Shown here one piece after another: positions 36,912 to 39,210 of a stretch of 39,210 bases of DNA. Made by a program: the position numbers and the translations under genes. The DNA is from an uncultured Spirochaetota bacterium (GTDB lineage: Bacteria; Spirochaetota; Spirochaetia; SZUA-6; Fen-1364), in assembly GCA_963845535.1 (NCBI GenBank), contig CAWJSK010000020.1, positions 1 to 39,210 on the forward strand, given 5' to 3'. The notes below the pieces were generated by a model that was not told the origin of the DNA, ran no database searches, and saw only the letters and a program-made list of their open reading frames with translations. How positions within the stretch are numbered: position 1 is the first letter of the stretch; every line of letters starts with the position of its first letter.

Positions 36912-39210
36912 ATGAGACAATTGAAGCTCTCCGACGTTCGCATGGCCGCCCTGTTCCTCGTCTCGATCTGCGTGCTGGGGTTCGAGATCGAGGTGATGCG
37001 CGTCTTCTCGGTGGGGAGCTGGTCCAATTTCGGCTCCATGGTCATCAGCATTGCGCTCCTGGGCACGGGCGTAGCCGGCACGCTGCTGACGTTCCTCGGG
37101 GACAGAGTTCGGCGCAACCCCGACGGGTGGCTTTCCGTGTCAGCGTTCGCCTTTGGCCCTTCCATGGCAATTGCCCACACGGTGGCGCAGCACATCCCGT
37201 TCAACCCAGTCCTCATCGTGTCAGACCCCACACAGTTGTGGTGGATTGGCGCGTACTACCTTGTGTACGGGATTCCGTTCTTTGCCGGCGGCCTTTTCGT
37301 GGGGGTGTGTTTCACCGCGTTCTCCTCCCACATGCATCAGCTCTACTTCTGGAACATGATCGGCTCAGGCCTCGGGGGGCTGGCAATCCTCGCGCTCATG
37401 TTCGTCTTCCCCCCCGACTTCCTCATCTACCCCCTGGTGGGCCTTGCCGCCATTCCCGCGGTGCTTTCCTGCTTCCGCTGGAGCCCGCAGGACAACAAGC
37501 CGCGCATTCGGATTGTTGAGGCGATTTTTACGATCGTCATTGCGGGAATAGGGTACGCCTTGCTCCTGGGATTCGGTCAGCTCAGCGTTTCCGACTTCAA
37601 GCCGGTCAGCTACGCGGAGCGGTTCCCTGATTCCCGCCAGGTGTATACCTCTTTCAGCCCCCTGGGTGAGATCCGCGTTTTCGAAAGCTCCTTTTTCCAT
37701 TTTGCCCCGGGGCTGAGCGACACCGCCAGCGTTTCCCTTGCGCACATGCCCCGCAACGCCTTCCTGGGGCTCTATGTCGATGGTGACGGTCCCGTGGGGG
37801 TCATGCGACGCCTCTCACCCGCGGAGGAAGGATACATCGACTTCCTCCCCATGTCGGCTCCGTATCTGCTCTTGAACCATCCCCGGGTCCTGCTCCTGCG
37901 GCTTGGCGGCGGAGCGGGAATCTTCACGGCCTTGCACAAAGGAGCGCGGGAGGTCTGGATTGTGGAGCCCAACCACGACCTCGTGCACATGCTGCATGAC
38001 GTTCCTTTCTTCCAGCGCTTCACCGGCAGGATTCTGGATGATCCGCGGGTGAAGGTGGTGAACACCGAGATACGGGCCTTTGCCGGATCCACCAACCAGA
38101 AGTTCGACCTGGTGGAGCTCGGGCTCATCGACTCCACCGGCCTTTCCCAGGCCGGCGGCTACTCAGTTGAAGAAAACTACACCTACACCGTGGAGGCAAT
38201 GCGGGAGTACCTGAAGTCCCTGAATCCTTCGGGCATGCTGTCCATCACCGTTTGGGACCGGCTCAATCCGCCCCGCAACGTTCCGCGGCTTCTTGCCACC
38301 GTGGTCCAGGCGCTGCGGGAGGAAGGGATCCCGAACGTCGACAAGGACATCTATTCCTTCAACCTGCTGCTGTCCACGGCAACAGTGCTCGTCAAGAAAG
38401 ACGGGTTCACCCCGGAAGAGATTGCCCGGCTGAATGGCTACTGCCGCCGCATGTCGTTCGAGGTGAACTATTTCCCGGGCATGGCAAGCGAAGCCAAGAC
38501 TTTCGACAAGCTCATGGAAGGCTACGCGGATATCTACTCCAGCAATCCGGACAGCGCGGCTACGGCGGAAACCCAGTCCACGCCGGCAGCCCCCGCCGCC
38601 CCGGAGATGGACCTTCGTCCGGCGGACCTGTATCACCTCACGCTGGAATGGCTGCTTGCCAACAAGCAGACGGAGCTATTCTCGAAATACGTTTTCGACA
38701 TCCGGCCGGCCACGGATGACAAGCCCTACTACTCCGGCTACTTGAAGCCGCTTTCCATCCCGCAGTTCCTTCCACGGCTTGGAGAGATATCCGAGGAATG
38801 GGGTTACCTGCTCCTCCTGGCGACGTTTCTCCAGTCCATCATCTTTGGCGTTCTCATAATACTCCTGCCGCTCATCATGCGATGGCGGGAGCTTTTCCGT
38901 GGCCGCAAGGGCACTTTCGGGATCATCGTGTACTACGCCTGCCTGGGGCTGGCCTACCTCATGGCGGAGATTTTCCTCATTCAGCGGTTCGTGTTCTTTC
39001 TGGCAAACCCGGTGTACGCGAACTCCATCATCATCACCATTCTTCTCATCGCATCCGGTATTGGCAGCCTGGTGAGCGAAACGGTGCGCATGGAAAGGCG
39101 ATTCAAGGTGCTTGCCGCCGCCATTGGGATTGGCGTCCTTGTGCTGATATTCCTTTTCGTGGTCCCCTCGCTTCTTCAGAGCTGCCTCGGGATGCCGTTT
39201 GGGGTGAAAA
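36912..39210 (+). CDS. Multi-pass membrane protein with spermidine-synthase-like SAM-binding domain (runs off the window; absent from the ORF track)
   Basis: Frame from ATG 36912 appears open to the window end (start, middle and end checked): FEI...R.FS, ISIALLG.G, LYFWNM.GSG.GG, RVLLLRLGGGAG, IVEPN, E.Y.YTVEA..EY...L.P.G.L, RPATDDKPY, LGL.Y...EI..IQRF...L..P. Confidence 0.85.
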   Translation, partial: MRQLKLSDVRMAALFLVSICVLGFEIEVMRVFSVGSWSNFGSMVISIALLGTGVAGTLLTFLGDRVRRNPDGWLSVSAFAFGPSMAIAHTVAQHIPFNPVLIVSDPTQLWWIGAYYLVYGIPFFAGGLFVGVCFTAFSSHMHQLYFWNMIGSGLGGLAILALMFVFPPDFLIYPLVGLAAIPAVLSCFRWSPQDNKPRIRIVEAIFTIVIAGIGYALLLGFGQLSVSDFKPVSYAERFPDSRQVYTSFSPLGEIRVFESSFFHFAPGLSDTASVSLAHMPRNAFLGLYVDGDGPVGVMRRLSPAEEGYIDFLPMSAPYLLLNHPRVLLLRLGGGAGIFTALHKGAREVWIVEPNHDLVHMLHDVPFFQRFTGRILDDPRVKVVNTEIRAFAGSTNQKFDLVELGLIDSTGLSQAGGYSVEENYTYTVEAMREYLKSLNPSGMLSITVWDRLNPPRNVPRLLATVVQALREEGIPNVDKDIYSFNLLLSTATVLVKKDGFTPEEIARLNGYCRRMSFEVNYFPGMASEAKTFDKLMEGYADIYSSNPDSAATAETQSTPAAPAAPEMDLRPADLYHLTLEWLLANKQTELFSKYVFDIRPATDDKPYYSGYLKPLSIPQFLPRLGEISEEWGYLLLLATFLQSIIFGVLIILLPLIMRWRELFRGRKGTFGIIVYYACLGLAYLMAEIFLIQRFVFFLANPVYANSIIITILLIASGIGSLVSETVRMERRFKVLAAAIGIGVLVLIFLFVVPSLLQSCLGMPFGVK

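Overview
High-GC bacterial chromosome segment, very likely from a spirochaete. The inference rests on the gene order (bamA?)-tamB / tmk / queA-ruvBAC-yebC-hemW-lepB-lepB / FGE-domain gene-smpB-ssrA, which resembles the order I recall from Borrelia and Treponema. Bases 1-16.1 kb are conserved core genes ending in tmRNA. An accessory zone starts right after the tmRNA terminator. It holds a 5'-only class IIC group II intron joined by deletion to the C-terminal remnant of a tyrosine integrase, a ClpP-like (SDH_sah) protease with a small downstream ORF, a DxD glycosyltransferase, a nucleotidyltransferase, a large DUF3857/transglutaminase/TPR protein and an alpha/beta hydrolase. It also holds a compact, AT-richer, overlapping three-gene cassette (25508-27523), the best candidate for an undescribed toxin-antitoxin(-chaperone)/defence system. 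The right third holds a LysE/RhtB exporter, a penicillin-acylase-family Ntn hydrolase, a NagB-like isomerase, rodA, a TraB-family protein, a membrane-anchored zinc-ribbon-PIMT fusion and a spermidine-synthase-like membrane protein that runs off the window. Several otherwise intact genes carry single-base frameshifts, probably sequencing/assembly indels. All family calls are from motif recognition by eye; no searches were run.
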